Source: an uncultured Planctomycetaceae bacterium
GTDB lineage: Bacteria > Planctomycetota > UBA1135 > GCA-002686595
Assembly: GCA_964509445.1 (NCBI GenBank)
Contig: CAZDYS010000003.1
Span: 1-28,575, forward strand
Length of the DNA: 28,575 nucleotides
Direction: 5' to 3'
This document shows positions 7,551-16,450 of the stretch, piece after piece. Both the position numbers and the translations under genes were made by a program. Numbering within the stretch: the first letter of the stretch is position 1; each line of letters opens with the position of its first letter. The notes beneath the pieces are model-generated. The model saw nothing but the letters and a program-made list of their open reading frames with translations, was not told the DNA's origin and ran no database searches.

Positions 7551-7902
7551 CGGCGACCACCGGGAGAAGCCGCTGCGCACGCTCGCCGCCGAGCTCGAGA
7601 ACGCGCTGTGCGTCCTCGAGGGAGACGGCTCGGAGGGGCAGGGGGTGAACCCCGCTCCGATCCAGCGTGCCTTCGACGAGCTGCGGGCCATCAACGACCG
7701 GCTCGCCGACCGGCGCATGGAGCCGGAGCTGCGCGCTCTGTTCGATCGGGTGCGCCGGCTGCACACGGTGCTGCTCGCGACCGCCTCCTCGGCGCGCGAG
7801 ACCGTCGGGAGCGAGCTCACGCGCGCCCTGCAGGCGCGCAAGGCCTTGGCGGGCCACGGAGCGGAGCCGAACACCGGCGGCCGCTGCGACGTCTCCGGCT
7901 GA
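7547..7902 (+). CDS. FliT-like helical protein, apparently broken by a 1-bp deletion near its start
   Basis: GTG at 7547 overlaps the fliS TGA. The protein-like frame (DHREKPLRTLAAELENALCVLEG...RAFDELRAINDRL...LQARKALAGHG...GGRCDVSG) is offset by one base and has no start of its own before GTG 7645. It sits where fliT normally does. Confidence 0.55.
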
Positions 7903-7980
7903 CTGTCGCAAAATACAACACTCCGCGCGTCCCGCCGCGGAGACTGGGTGTTGCAATGTTCGACATCGGGAAGGGAAGGG

Positions 7981-8008
7981 CAAAGCCTCGGGCCTGAGGT
8001 GTCGAAGG
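7981..8008 (+). promoter_or_regulatory. Weak sigma-28-like promoter upstream of fliO
   Basis: CAAAG-N15-GTCGAAGG; nearly the same as the TCAAG-N15-GTCGAAAG element at 2170-2197. Confidence 0.3.
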
Positions 8009-8060
8009 TCAGGACGCCGCGGAGGACCGGATGGTCCGCGTCCCCGCGCGCCTCCTCCCC

Positions 8061-8627
8061 ATGCCGATCGACCCCGTCCTCGCGTTCTTGACGCCCGAGG
8101 AGACCGCTGCCGCCGCCGCCGGTCCCGATCTCACGCGCTACGTCCTCGTGTGCCTGGGGATCCTCGCGCTCGTGCTCGGGCTCGCCTGGGCCTTCCGCCG
8201 GTTCGTGGCGGACAGCGTCCGGCGCCACGCGGCGAAGCGCTCGCTCCAGGTGACGGACGTCCTCCCGCTCGGAGGTCGCCGCCGTCTGCTCGTCGTGCGG
8301 TGCTTCGACCGCAACTTCTTGATCGGGCTCGGCGAGAAGGAGATCACGAACATCGCGGAGCTCGAGAAGGACGAGGCGGTCCAGGCGGCTCCCAAAGCCG
8401 CGCCGGCCCCCTCGGAGGAACGCTCCCAGGAGACGGCGCCCGCGCCGCGTCCGGAGACCGTCCCTCCGACCCCGAGTCGCGAGAAGGTCCAGCCGCTGCC
8501 CCCCGGCGTGAAGCCGTTCCCGGTCTCGCTCGCGGAAGAGCTGCGTGCGTCGCAGCCGGGACCGACGGGGCGCCGCAGACGCCGCACCGTGGAGCGCTGG
8601 AAGCGCGGGGAGGGGATCGTCGGATGA
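8061..8627 (+). CDS. fliO: Flagellar biosynthesis protein FliO with a Pro-rich C-terminal extension
   Basis: One TM helix (YVLVCLGILALVLGLAWAFRRF), then LQVTDVLPLGGRRRLLVVRCFDRNFLIG; immediately before fliP. Confidence 0.8.
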   Translation: MPIDPVLAFLTPEETAAAAAGPDLTRYVLVCLGILALVLGLAWAFRRFVADSVRRHAAKRSLQVTDVLPLGGRRRLLVVRCFDRNFLIGLGEKEITNIAELEKDEAVQAAPKAAPAPSEERSQETAPAPRPETVPPTPSREKVQPLPPGVKPFPVSLAEELRASQPGPTGRRRRRTVERWKRGEGIVG

Positions 8628-9403
8628 ACACCTTCCTCCGCATCGCCCTGGTCCTTGTCGCTCTCCTCGGGGTGACGACGCCTGCGTTCTCGCAGAGCAC
8701 TCCCGCACCGGGAGTCGCGCCGGTCGTCGACCAGGACGTGACGGGTGAGGACGGGCTGCAGATGAGCGAGGCCGTCGAGGTCGCGGTCGTCCTGACGGTC
8801 CTGTCGCTCGTCCCGGCCATCCTGATCTCGCTCACGAGCTTCACGCGAATCGTGATCGTGCTCTCGTTCGTGCGCCGATCCCTCGCCGTCCAGGAGCTAC
8901 CGCCCAACCCGATCCTCATCGGACTGTCGCTGTTCCTGACGACCTTCGTGATGGGGCCGGTGTTCAGCGACGTCTACGAGGACGCCTACAAGCCCTACAA
9001 GGACGGCCAGATCGCGATGGCCGACGCGGGGGACGCGGCCTGGGGCACGCTGCGCGGCTTCCTCCTGGACAACACGCGCGAGGAGGAGCTCGACCTGTTC
9101 CTCGAGCTCGCGGACCTCGAAGGAGACGTGGAAGGCGCGATCCTGCCGCGCGAGGAACTGCCGCTGCGCGTCGTCGTGCCCGCGTTCGTCCTCAGCGAGC
9201 TGAAGACCGCGTTCCAGATGGGCTTCCTGCTCTTCCTGCCGTTCCTCGTGATCGACCTCGTGATCGCCTCGGTGCTGATCTCGATGGGCATGTTCATGCT
9301 GCCGCCGGTGATGATCTCGACGCCGTTCAAGATCCTCCTGTTCGTGCTGGTCGACGGCTGGCGGCTGGTCTGCGAGTCCCTCGTCACCTCCTTCGTGATC
9401 TGA
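8624..9403 (+). CDS. fliP: Flagellar export gate protein FliP, 259 aa
   Basis: ATGA overlap with fliO; signal peptide; LTSFTRIVIVLS, PPN, VPAFVLSELKTAFQMGF, PPVMISTPFKILLFVLVDGW. Confidence 0.97.
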   Translation: MNTFLRIALVLVALLGVTTPAFSQSTPAPGVAPVVDQDVTGEDGLQMSEAVEVAVVLTVLSLVPAILISLTSFTRIVIVLSFVRRSLAVQELPPNPILIGLSLFLTTFVMGPVFSDVYEDAYKPYKDGQIAMADAGDAAWGTLRGFLLDNTREEELDLFLELADLEGDVEGAILPREELPLRVVVPAFVLSELKTAFQMGFLLFLPFLVIDLVIASVLISMGMFMLPPVMISTPFKILLFVLVDGWRLVCESLVTSFVI

Positions 9404-9678
9404 TGGACCTCGACCTGCGCGTCATCGATCTCTTCCGGGAGATGCTCTTCACGGTCCTCCTGCTCGCGGGGCCCGTCCTCGCGGTCGGGTTGATCGTCGG
9501 CGTGGCGGTCAGCTTGTTCCAGGCGCTCACCTCCGTGCAGGAGCAGACGCTCTCGCTGGTCCCGAAGATGCTCGCGGTCGTCGTCGTCGCGCTGCTCCTG
9601 CTCGCCCCGGCCCTGTCCATCCTGCGCGACTTCTTCCTTCGCATCCTCGGACAGCTCAACGAGTTCGGGTTGGCCTGA
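9403..9678 (+). CDS. fliQ: Flagellar export gate protein FliQ
   Basis: GLIVGVAVSLFQALTSVQEQTLSLVPK; TGATG overlap with fliP. Confidence 0.95.
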   Translation: MDLDLRVIDLFREMLFTVLLLAGPVLAVGLIVGVAVSLFQALTSVQEQTLSLVPKMLAVVVVALLLLAPALSILRDFFLRILGQLNEFGLA

Positions 9679-9679
9679 C

Positions 9680-10453
9680 GTGGAAGCGCTGTTCCACATC
9701 GAGACCGTCGAGGCGTTCGGGCTGATGCTCGCGCGCACCTCTGCGCTCCTGATCGCTGCTCCGATCCTCGGGATCGGGACGGGATTCAGCGGCTACAAGA
9801 TCGCGCTCACGGTGCTGGTGTCGGGCGTGATCTACATCGCGATCGGAGAGCCGCTCCCGACCGGCATCGACGGCTTCACCTACGGCGCGATGATGGCGCG
9901 CGAGCTGATCATCGGCGCGTTCATCGGGCTGTTCCTGCAGGTCGCGCTGGTCGCGATCCACGTGGCCGGCGAGATGATCGGCCACGAGATGGGGTTCATG
10001 GTCGGTCGTCAGGTCGACCCCGTCACCGGGGTGCAGTCCTCGATGATCACGAGCCTCTACGAGAACATCTTCATGCTGGCGCTCCTGGGCATGAACGGTC
10101 ACCACTGGCTGCTCCGCTCGCTCGACAACTCGTTCGAGGTGGCGCCGATCGGAAAGCTCTCGCTCGGCAACGGCCTGGGTCCCGCCTTCGAGGGGATGTT
10201 CTCGGAGATGTTCCGGGCCGGGATCGTCTTCGCAGCGCCGGTCCTGATCTTCCTCGTCATCGTCTCGGTGCTGATCGGGATCCTGTCCCGCGCCGTCCCG
10301 ACGCTGAACGTGCTCGAGCTCGGCTTCACGCTGCGCGTGATCGTCGCGCTCCTCGCGATGTACTTCTTCGCACCGCTCCTGGAGCCGTCGATGACGCAGC
10401 TCCACGACCGGTTCCTCGACTGGCTGGACAAGGGCCTGGTGGCTCTGAGGTGA
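9680..10453 (+). CDS. fliR: Flagellar export gate protein FliR
   Basis: RELIIGAFIG, AGEMIGHEMGF, DPVTG, GHHWLLRSLDNSF, RAVPTLNVLELGF. Confidence 0.95.
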   Translation: MEALFHIETVEAFGLMLARTSALLIAAPILGIGTGFSGYKIALTVLVSGVIYIAIGEPLPTGIDGFTYGAMMARELIIGAFIGLFLQVALVAIHVAGEMIGHEMGFMVGRQVDPVTGVQSSMITSLYENIFMLALLGMNGHHWLLRSLDNSFEVAPIGKLSLGNGLGPAFEGMFSEMFRAGIVFAAPVLIFLVIVSVLIGILSRAVPTLNVLELGFTLRVIVALLAMYFFAPLLEPSMTQLHDRFLDWLDKGLVALR

Positions 10454-10457
10454 CGGC

Positions 10458-11570
10458 GTGGCCGATCAAGCGGAGAAGGAACAGAAGACCGAGGAGGCGA
10501 CTCCGAAGAAGCGCGACGAGGCCCGCGAGAAGGGGCAGGTCGCGATGTCGACGGAGTTCATCGCCGCGATCGGGCTGGCCGTCGGCCTGGCCTCCCTCAT
10601 GCTCGGGGGAGGCGCGTTGATGCGGGCCATCGGGGAGAACGCGGTGGACGTGGTGACCGTGATGGGGGAGATCGGCACCAGCGACCTGACGGTCCCCGAG
10701 GCCGCGGTGATCCTGGAGGAGTCGACCTTCTCGGCGACGGGCCTCCTGCTCGCGGTCACGCTGCCGCCGATCCTGATCAGCGCGCTGGCCGGCTTCCTGC
10801 AGGTCGGGTTCCGCATCGCGCCCAAGGCGCTCGAGCTGGACTTCAACAAGGTCAACCCGGTCTCCGGCTGGTCCAAGTTCCTCAGCATGCGGTCCGCCGT
10901 CCGGACCGGCATGGCGGCGACCAAGGTCGTCCTGATCACGGTGGTCGTCGTCTGGATCGCGCTCCTGCACCTGGAGCAGCTCACGCGCGTCGGCATCAAC
11001 GAGCTCGGTCCGATGCTGGCCGCGGTCGGCGTCGTGCTCTTCCGCTGCTGCCTGGGCGCCCTGGCCGTGGTGATCGCGCTCGCGATCGCCGACCTCCTCT
11101 ATCAGCGCTACCAGCACTCGGTGGACCTGCGCATGACCAAGAAGGAGGTTCGCGACGAGGCGAAGATGACCGAGGGGGACCCGCACGTGCGCGCACGCAT
11201 TCGCAGGATGCAGTCGGAGCTGGCGTCGCGCCGCATGATGGCGGACGTCCCGAAGGCCACCGTCGTCGTCACGAACCCGACGCACTACGCCGTCGCGCTT
11301 CGCTACGAGCGCGACGCGGACGACGCGGCGACTCCGCGGGCGCCGGTCGTGCTCGCGAAGGGCATCGACTCGCTGGCGCAGAGGATCAAGGCCGTGGCGC
11401 GCGAGCACGGCGTCGTCTGCTACGAGGACGTCCCGCTCGCGCGCGCGCTGCACGCGCAGTGCGAGGTGGGCGACGAGATCCCCGAGGACCTGTACGCGGC
11501 CGTCGCCGCGGTCCTGGGCTACGTGTACCGCATGCGCGGTCGGGTTCCGGAGATGGCGGCGAGCGCCTAG
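10458..11570 (+). CDS. flhB: Flagellar export switch protein FlhB
   Basis: KTEEATPKKRDEAREKGQV, MTKKEVRDEAKMTEGDPHV, autocleavage motif VVTNPTHYAVAL, PLARAL. Confidence 0.97.
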   Translation: MADQAEKEQKTEEATPKKRDEAREKGQVAMSTEFIAAIGLAVGLASLMLGGGALMRAIGENAVDVVTVMGEIGTSDLTVPEAAVILEESTFSATGLLLAVTLPPILISALAGFLQVGFRIAPKALELDFNKVNPVSGWSKFLSMRSAVRTGMAATKVVLITVVVVWIALLHLEQLTRVGINELGPMLAAVGVVLFRCCLGALAVVIALAIADLLYQRYQHSVDLRMTKKEVRDEAKMTEGDPHVRARIRRMQSELASRRMMADVPKATVVVTNPTHYAVALRYERDADDAATPRAPVVLAKGIDSLAQRIKAVAREHGVVCYEDVPLARALHAQCEVGDEIPEDLYAAVAAVLGYVYRMRGRVPEMAASA

Positions 11571-11580
11571 GGGCTGAACC

Positions 11581-13686
11581 ATGTCGAACACCGGAAACGT
11601 CGAACGCGTCGGGAACTGGCTGTCCCGCTACTCCGACTGGGTGATGGGCCTGGGCGTGATCGGGCTGATGATCACGCTGCTGATGCCCCTGCCCCCGGGG
11701 GTGCTCGACCTGCTCTTGGCGCTGAACGTGACGAGCTCTCTGATGCTGCTGCTCGTCTCGATGAACGTGCGCGCCTCCTCGGAGCTGTCGACGTTCCCGA
11801 CGATCCTCCTGTTCGCCACCCTGTTCCGGCTGGGGCTGAACGTGGCGAGCACGCGCCTGATCCTCAGCCAGGGTCGCGCCGGCACGATCATCTCGTCCTT
11901 CGGCGGCTACGTCGCGGGGGACAACCTGACCGTCGGCCTGGTCGTCTTCCTGATCCTGATCATCATCCAGTTCGTCGTCATCACGAAGGGCGCTGGACGG
12001 ATCTCCGAGGTCGCCGCCCGTTTCGTGCTCGACGCGATGCCCGGCAAGCAGATGGCGATCGACGCCGACCTGAACGCGGGGCTGATCGACTCCGAGGAGG
12101 CGCGCAAGCGGCGCACCGGCGTCGCGACCGAGGCCGAGTTCTACGGTGCGATGGACGGTGCCTCCAAGTTCGTGCGCGGAGACGCCGTGGCGGGCCTGAT
12201 CATCACGGCGCTCAACCTGCTCGGCGGCATCGCGATCGGCTCGCTCAGCGGCATCTCGGTCGGTGAGGCGGGTCAGAAGTACGCGATGCTCACGATCGGC
12301 GACGGTCTGGTGACGCAGATCCCCGCGCTGCTCGTGTCGACCTCGGCGGCGCTGCTCGTCACGAAGGCGACCAGCGACCGCAGCCTGGGCTTCAGCTTGA
12401 TGGCGCAGGTCGGAAGCCAGCCGCGGGCGACGCTGATCGCCGCCGGCATGATGTTCACGATCGGCCTCTTGCCGGGCATGCCGAGCCTGCCGTTCACGAT
12501 CCTCGCGACGCTGCTGCTCCTGACCTGGCGCTCGACCCGCGGGATGAACGGATCGGAGGAGCTGCTGGCCCCCGAGGCCGAGTCCGCGGACGGCGGGACG
12601 ACGCCGGCGGAGGGCGAGGCGTCGACGGAGCAGGAGGCGGCCAACGAGACCCTCGAGCTCCTCAACGTCGACCGCGTCTCGCTGGAGATCGGCTACCGCC
12701 TGATCCCGCTGGTGCAGGACAGCTCCGGCACGGGCATCCTCGACCACGTCTCGCAGATCCGCAAACGGTTCGCGGGCAGCGAGGGCGTCGTCCTTCCCCC
12801 GGTGCGCATCAAGGACAACATCCGCATGGAGCCGGGTGCCTACCGCGTCCTGATCGGAGGGCAAGAGCTCGCGCGCGGCACGATCGAGCCGGGGAGCTTC
12901 CTCGCCATGGACGGCGGCGTCGCGACCGGGAAGATCCGCGGCAAGGAGACGACCGACCCCGCGTTCGGTCTGCCCGCCTGGTGGATCGGGGCGGGGCAAC
13001 GCGACGAGGCGGAGCTCCTGGGCTACACGGTCATCGACCCGACCAGCGTGCTCGTGACGCACCTCACGGAAGTGCTGCGGACGTCGCTGCCCGACATCCT
13101 CACCCGGGACGACGTGAAGGAGCTGGTCGAGAACGCCCGCAAGACGGCGCCGGCCGTCGTGGAAGAGCTCCTGCCGGAGAAGTTCACCTACGGTGAGGTC
13201 CAGCAGGTGCTGGCCAACCTCCTGCGGGACGGCGTTCCGGTGCGGAATATGCCGGCGATCCTGGAGTCGCTCGCGGACAACGTCGCCAAGTCGCGCGACG
13301 TCGAGACCCTGAGCGAGCTCGTGCGCCAGCGGCTGGGCCGCACCCTGTGCGAGCTCGTCGCCGACAAGAGCGGCACCGTCCATGCGATCACGCTCGAGCC
13401 CACGGTCGAGGCGCGTCTCGCGGCGGCCGTCGGCGTCGGTCAGGACACCGACGCCCAGCCGGTGAATCCCGTCTATCTCCAACGTCTCGTCGAGCGAATC
13501 GGCGAGGCGATCACGACCGCCTCGAAGAGCGGCAAGGACGCCGTCCTGCTCGCTCGCTCGAACGTGCGTCGGTTCCTGAGCGAGCTCGTGCGAGCCTCGC
13601 TGCCCAAGGTCTCCGTTCTCTCCTACAACGAGGTCGTTCCGGCCCGTGCGGTGGAGACGACGGCGATCGTGACGATGGAGGACTGA
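11581..13686 (+). CDS. flhA: Flagellar export apparatus protein FlhA
   Basis: LFRLGLNVASTRLIL, RISEVAARFVLDAMPGKQMAIDADL, FYGAMDGASKFVRGD, IGDGLVTQIPALL, VLSYNEV. Confidence 0.98.
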   Translation: MSNTGNVERVGNWLSRYSDWVMGLGVIGLMITLLMPLPPGVLDLLLALNVTSSLMLLLVSMNVRASSELSTFPTILLFATLFRLGLNVASTRLILSQGRAGTIISSFGGYVAGDNLTVGLVVFLILIIIQFVVITKGAGRISEVAARFVLDAMPGKQMAIDADLNAGLIDSEEARKRRTGVATEAEFYGAMDGASKFVRGDAVAGLIITALNLLGGIAIGSLSGISVGEAGQKYAMLTIGDGLVTQIPALLVSTSAALLVTKATSDRSLGFSLMAQVGSQPRATLIAAGMMFTIGLLPGMPSLPFTILATLLLLTWRSTRGMNGSEELLAPEAESADGGTTPAEGEASTEQEAANETLELLNVDRVSLEIGYRLIPLVQDSSGTGILDHVSQIRKRFAGSEGVVLPPVRIKDNIRMEPGAYRVLIGGQELARGTIEPGSFLAMDGGVATGKIRGKETTDPAFGLPAWWIGAGQRDEAELLGYTVIDPTSVLVTHLTEVLRTSLPDILTRDDVKELVENARKTAPAVVEELLPEKFTYGEVQQVLANLLRDGVPVRNMPAILESLADNVAKSRDVETLSELVRQRLGRTLCELVADKSGTVHAITLEPTVEARLAAAVGVGQDTDAQPVNPVYLQRLVERIGEAITTASKSGKDAVLLARSNVRRFLSELVRASLPKVSVLSYNEVVPARAVETTAIVTMED

Positions 13687-13690
13687 TCCC

Positions 13691-14596
13691 ATGAAGCGTC
13701 AATCCGTCAAGAAGTCCCGAACCAACGAACCGAGCGTCTCGCCCGGTGGCTCGACACGCGGCCGTCTCCCCAAGACGCGGGACGACTACGCCGACGTGCT
13801 CGATCTCCTGCGCGAACCCGGAGCGTGCGACGTGCGCGACCGCCTGCTCGAGCACGGGGCGTCCCTGCGCCTGACCGCCTCGGTCGTCCGTACGCTGGCC
13901 GGCTCGCGCTACCGCGGGGCTTACGCGATCGACGGAGCCGCGAAGATCCTGGGGCGAGCGTTCCCGGTCCTTCCGGCACCGAAGCGGAAGCCGAAGGAGC
14001 AGACCTTCTTCGTCTTCACCGGGCCCACGGGCTCCGGGAAGACGACCACGTTCGCGAAGCTCGCGCGTCGCCTGATCGAGAACGGGCGCAAGGTGCTGTG
14101 CGCCAGCCTCGACACGGCCGGCCCGAGTCGCCTGCGCGCGATCGACGCCGACGTCGACCGCACGGAGCTCCCGATCCTCTCCGTCCGCGACGCCGCCGAC
14201 CTCGCGAAGCAGTGCCGGCGCAACGCCGCGGCGGAGGTGGTCCTGGTCGACACGCCCGGACTGTCGCCGCGCGACGAGGCGGGGCTCGACCAGCTCGCCG
14301 CCGAGATCGACCGGATCGGCGAGCTCGGAGCCACCGAGGTCTACCTGGTGGTTCCCGCGACCAAGAGCGCCGGCGCGGCGGAGCTGGTCGCCGACGCCTA
14401 CGGCCGTCTCGCGCCGTCCGGTGGCGTGCTGACGAAGCTCGACGAGACCGACGAGCCGCTGGTCGTGCTCGAGGAGCTGTCCCGCCGGAAGCTCCCGCTC
14501 GCGTTCCTCTGCGACGGTCCCGACATCCGTGCCCACCTCACGCGTCCGAACGAGGACCGTCTGGCCGACCTCGCGCTGCGCGGGAGGCTCGCGTGA
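13691..14596 (+). CDS. flhF: FlhF-like SRP-family GTPase, short (301 aa)
   Basis: GPTGSGKTTTFAKLA, VLVDTPG, TKLDET; located between flhA and flhG. Confidence 0.88.
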   Translation: MKRQSVKKSRTNEPSVSPGGSTRGRLPKTRDDYADVLDLLREPGACDVRDRLLEHGASLRLTASVVRTLAGSRYRGAYAIDGAAKILGRAFPVLPAPKRKPKEQTFFVFTGPTGSGKTTTFAKLARRLIENGRKVLCASLDTAGPSRLRAIDADVDRTELPILSVRDAADLAKQCRRNAAAEVVLVDTPGLSPRDEAGLDQLAAEIDRIGELGATEVYLVVPATKSAGAAELVADAYGRLAPSGGVLTKLDETDEPLVVLEELSRRKLPLAFLCDGPDIRAHLTRPNEDRLADLALRGRLA

Positions 14597-15435
14597 CCGC
14601 GACGCTCGAACAAGCGGTCGACGGACCGCCGTTCCTCCTGGTGACCGGTGGCAAGGGCGGGGTCGGAAAGACGACGCTCGCCGCGAACCTCGGCCTGCAG
14701 CTCGCTGGTCTCGGTGCCGCCCCGCTCGTGTGCGACCTCGACTTCGGGCTCGCGAACCTCGACGTGATGCTGGGGCTGGAGCCGCCGCGGACGGTCGAGG
14801 ACTTCCTCGATGGCTACGCCGAGCTCGGCGACTGCATCACACACTCCCCGTTCGAGCTCGACGTGCTCGCGGCGGGTTCCGGCTCGGTCGAGCGAAGCCG
14901 TCCGGATCCGAAGCGCCGGCAGCGCCTGTGCGACGCGCTCGCGCGGACCTCGGCCGGTCTGGTGCTCGGAGACAGTCCCGCCGGGATCGGCGACGACGTC
15001 GTCGAGTTCGCCGTGCGTGCGGATCGCGTCCTGGTGGTCACGACGCCCGAGCCCGCGGCCGTCACGGATGCCTACGGAGTCATCAAGGCCATCGACGGTC
15101 ACGCCGCCGCGCGTGGTCGCGAGGTCCCGACTCCCGAGATCTTCGTGAACCTGGCGACGGACGCCGGCGAGGCGCGCTCGATCGCGACCAAGCTGGCCGG
15201 CGTCTGCGAGCGCTTCCTGGCTCGCGTCCCGCGTCTCGCGGGGTGGATGCCGCGCTCCTCCGAGGTCCTGCAGGGCGTCCTCACCCAGACGCCCTTCGTG
15301 CGACGCAGCCCCGACTCCGCGGCGGCCAAGAGCCTCGCGCGTTTGGCCCGTCGTTACGCCGAATTCGCGCTGCCTTCCGGTCTGCGGTCCGCCTCGAAAC
15401 CGACGTCTAAGGCTTCTGATGAGCTCGGTCGATAA
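14593..15435 (+). CDS. flhG: FlhG/FleN MinD-like ATPase, 280 aa
   Basis: GTG start overlaps the flhF TGA; VTGGKGGVGKTT, DLDFGLANLDVMLG, VTTPEPAAVTDAYGVIK. Confidence 0.9.
   Translation: MTATLEQAVDGPPFLLVTGGKGGVGKTTLAANLGLQLAGLGAAPLVCDLDFGLANLDVMLGLEPPRTVEDFLDGYAELGDCITHSPFELDVLAAGSGSVERSRPDPKRRQRLCDALARTSAGLVLGDSPAGIGDDVVEFAVRADRVLVVTTPEPAAVTDAYGVIKAIDGHAAARGREVPTPEIFVNLATDAGEARSIATKLAGVCERFLARVPRLAGWMPRSSEVLQGVLTQTPFVRRSPDSAAAKSLARLARRYAEFALPSGLRSASKPTSKASDELGR
15407..15435 (+). promoter_or_regulatory. Sigma-28 promoter embedded in the 3' end of flhG, upstream of fliA
   Basis: CTAAG-N16-GTCGATAA: same -35 and spacing as the fliD promoter, one mismatch in the -10. Confidence 0.65.
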
Positions 15436-15676
15436 AGCCGCTGGCGAGGCCCACCTCTCCGACGCTTGGCGCGCCCTCGGGCACCGCATCGCGGTGGCCG
15501 GAGCCTGCGCCGTGGCGCTCTTCTCGCTCTTTCTCCACGTGCCACCGACGACCGCCGCCTTGCGAGGCGCGGGGACCTGGCTCGCGCTCCTGTTCGCGAC
15601 GCGGCTGGGTGTGCTCGCTCTCCGTCAAGCGCTGCGGCTCGAGCATCCGGTGAGCGACGCGAAGGAAGACTCCTGA
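15419..15676 (+). CDS. Small membrane protein (about 2 TM helices) between flhG and fliA
   Basis: 85 aa with hydrophobic stretches RIAVAGACAVALFSLFLHV and GAGTWLALLFATRLGVLAL. Confidence 0.68.
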   Translation: MSSVDKAAGEAHLSDAWRALGHRIAVAGACAVALFSLFLHVPPTTAALRGAGTWLALLFATRLGVLALRQALRLEHPVSDAKEDS

Positions 15677-15707
15677 CCCCATGATCCCCGTCCCGAGGCA
15701 TCCCTAG

Positions 15708-16439
15708 TTGAGCCGCGAGCCCGAGTACGCTCCGGTCGACGCAGCCGTCGATCGCGACGCGCTGATCCTCGATCACGTGCCGCTGTTGCACCACATCGTG
15801 GGGCGCATGGGGTGGGACGTTCCCGGTCGCATCGACCGGGACGACCTCCTGGGCTGGGGCATGCTCGGCCTGATCGCGGCCGCCGACGCGTGGGATCCCT
15901 CGCGCGGGCTGAAGTTCTCGACCTTCGCCTACCCGCGGATCAAGGGCTCGATCCTCGACGAGCTGCGGCGCAACGACTTCCTGCCGCGCGGTCGGCGCGA
16001 GAAGCTGCGCGAGCTCGAGAACGTCGTGCGCGACCTCGAGCAGGAGAACGGGCTCCCGCCCACTCCGGAGGAGATCGCGAAGGCGCTCGGCGTCGACCAC
16101 GAGGAGGTGGATCAGATCATGCACTCGGCGCGCGTCGCGGGCAGCGTGTCCCTCGAGGACGGGCCGTCGGAGACGCTCGCGCAGATGCTCAGCGACCCGA
16201 GCAGCCAGGACCCGGTCGGGACGGCCGAGTACTCCGAGCTGAAGGGGCTCTTGGTCCAGACCATCTCGAAGCTGCCCCAGCAGGAGCAGGCCGTCATCAC
16301 GCTGTACTACGGCGAAGAGCTGCTCTTGAAGGAGATCGGCGAGGTCCTGGGAGTCACCGAGTCGCGCGTCTCCCAGATCCACAGCCGCGCGATCTACCGG
16401 CTCAACCGTGAGCTCGTCTCCCTGACCGGAACCCTGTGA
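15708..16439 (+). CDS. fliA: Flagellar sigma factor sigma-28 (FliA/WhiG family)
   Basis: DDLLGWGMLGLIAAADAWDPSRGLKFSTFAYPRIKGSILDELRRND, ITLYYGEELLLKEIGEVLGVTESRVSQIH. Confidence 0.95.
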   Translation: MSREPEYAPVDAAVDRDALILDHVPLLHHIVGRMGWDVPGRIDRDDLLGWGMLGLIAAADAWDPSRGLKFSTFAYPRIKGSILDELRRNDFLPRGRREKLRELENVVRDLEQENGLPPTPEEIAKALGVDHEEVDQIMHSARVAGSVSLEDGPSETLAQMLSDPSSQDPVGTAEYSELKGLLVQTISKLPQQEQAVITLYYGEELLLKEIGEVLGVTESRVSQIHSRAIYRLNRELVSLTGTL

Positions 16440-16450
16440 GGAACACGACC

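Noticed and set aside
7978-8025. c-di-GMP-I riboswitch-like string GCAAAGCCTCGGGCCTGA upstream of fliO
   Set aside because: It resembles the P3 entry of the Vc2 aptamer, but the upstream GGCAAAC...GNRA...GGACG hairpin is absent. A cmscan with RF01051 would settle it.
5808-8708. 966-aa minus-strand ORF and other long antisense or alternate-frame ORFs (e.g. 363-1790, 11386-13692, 22075-23577, 26420-28351)
   Set aside because: They overlap well-supported genes, are Arg/Gly/Ala-rich without motifs, and are expected in high-GC DNA with few stop codons.
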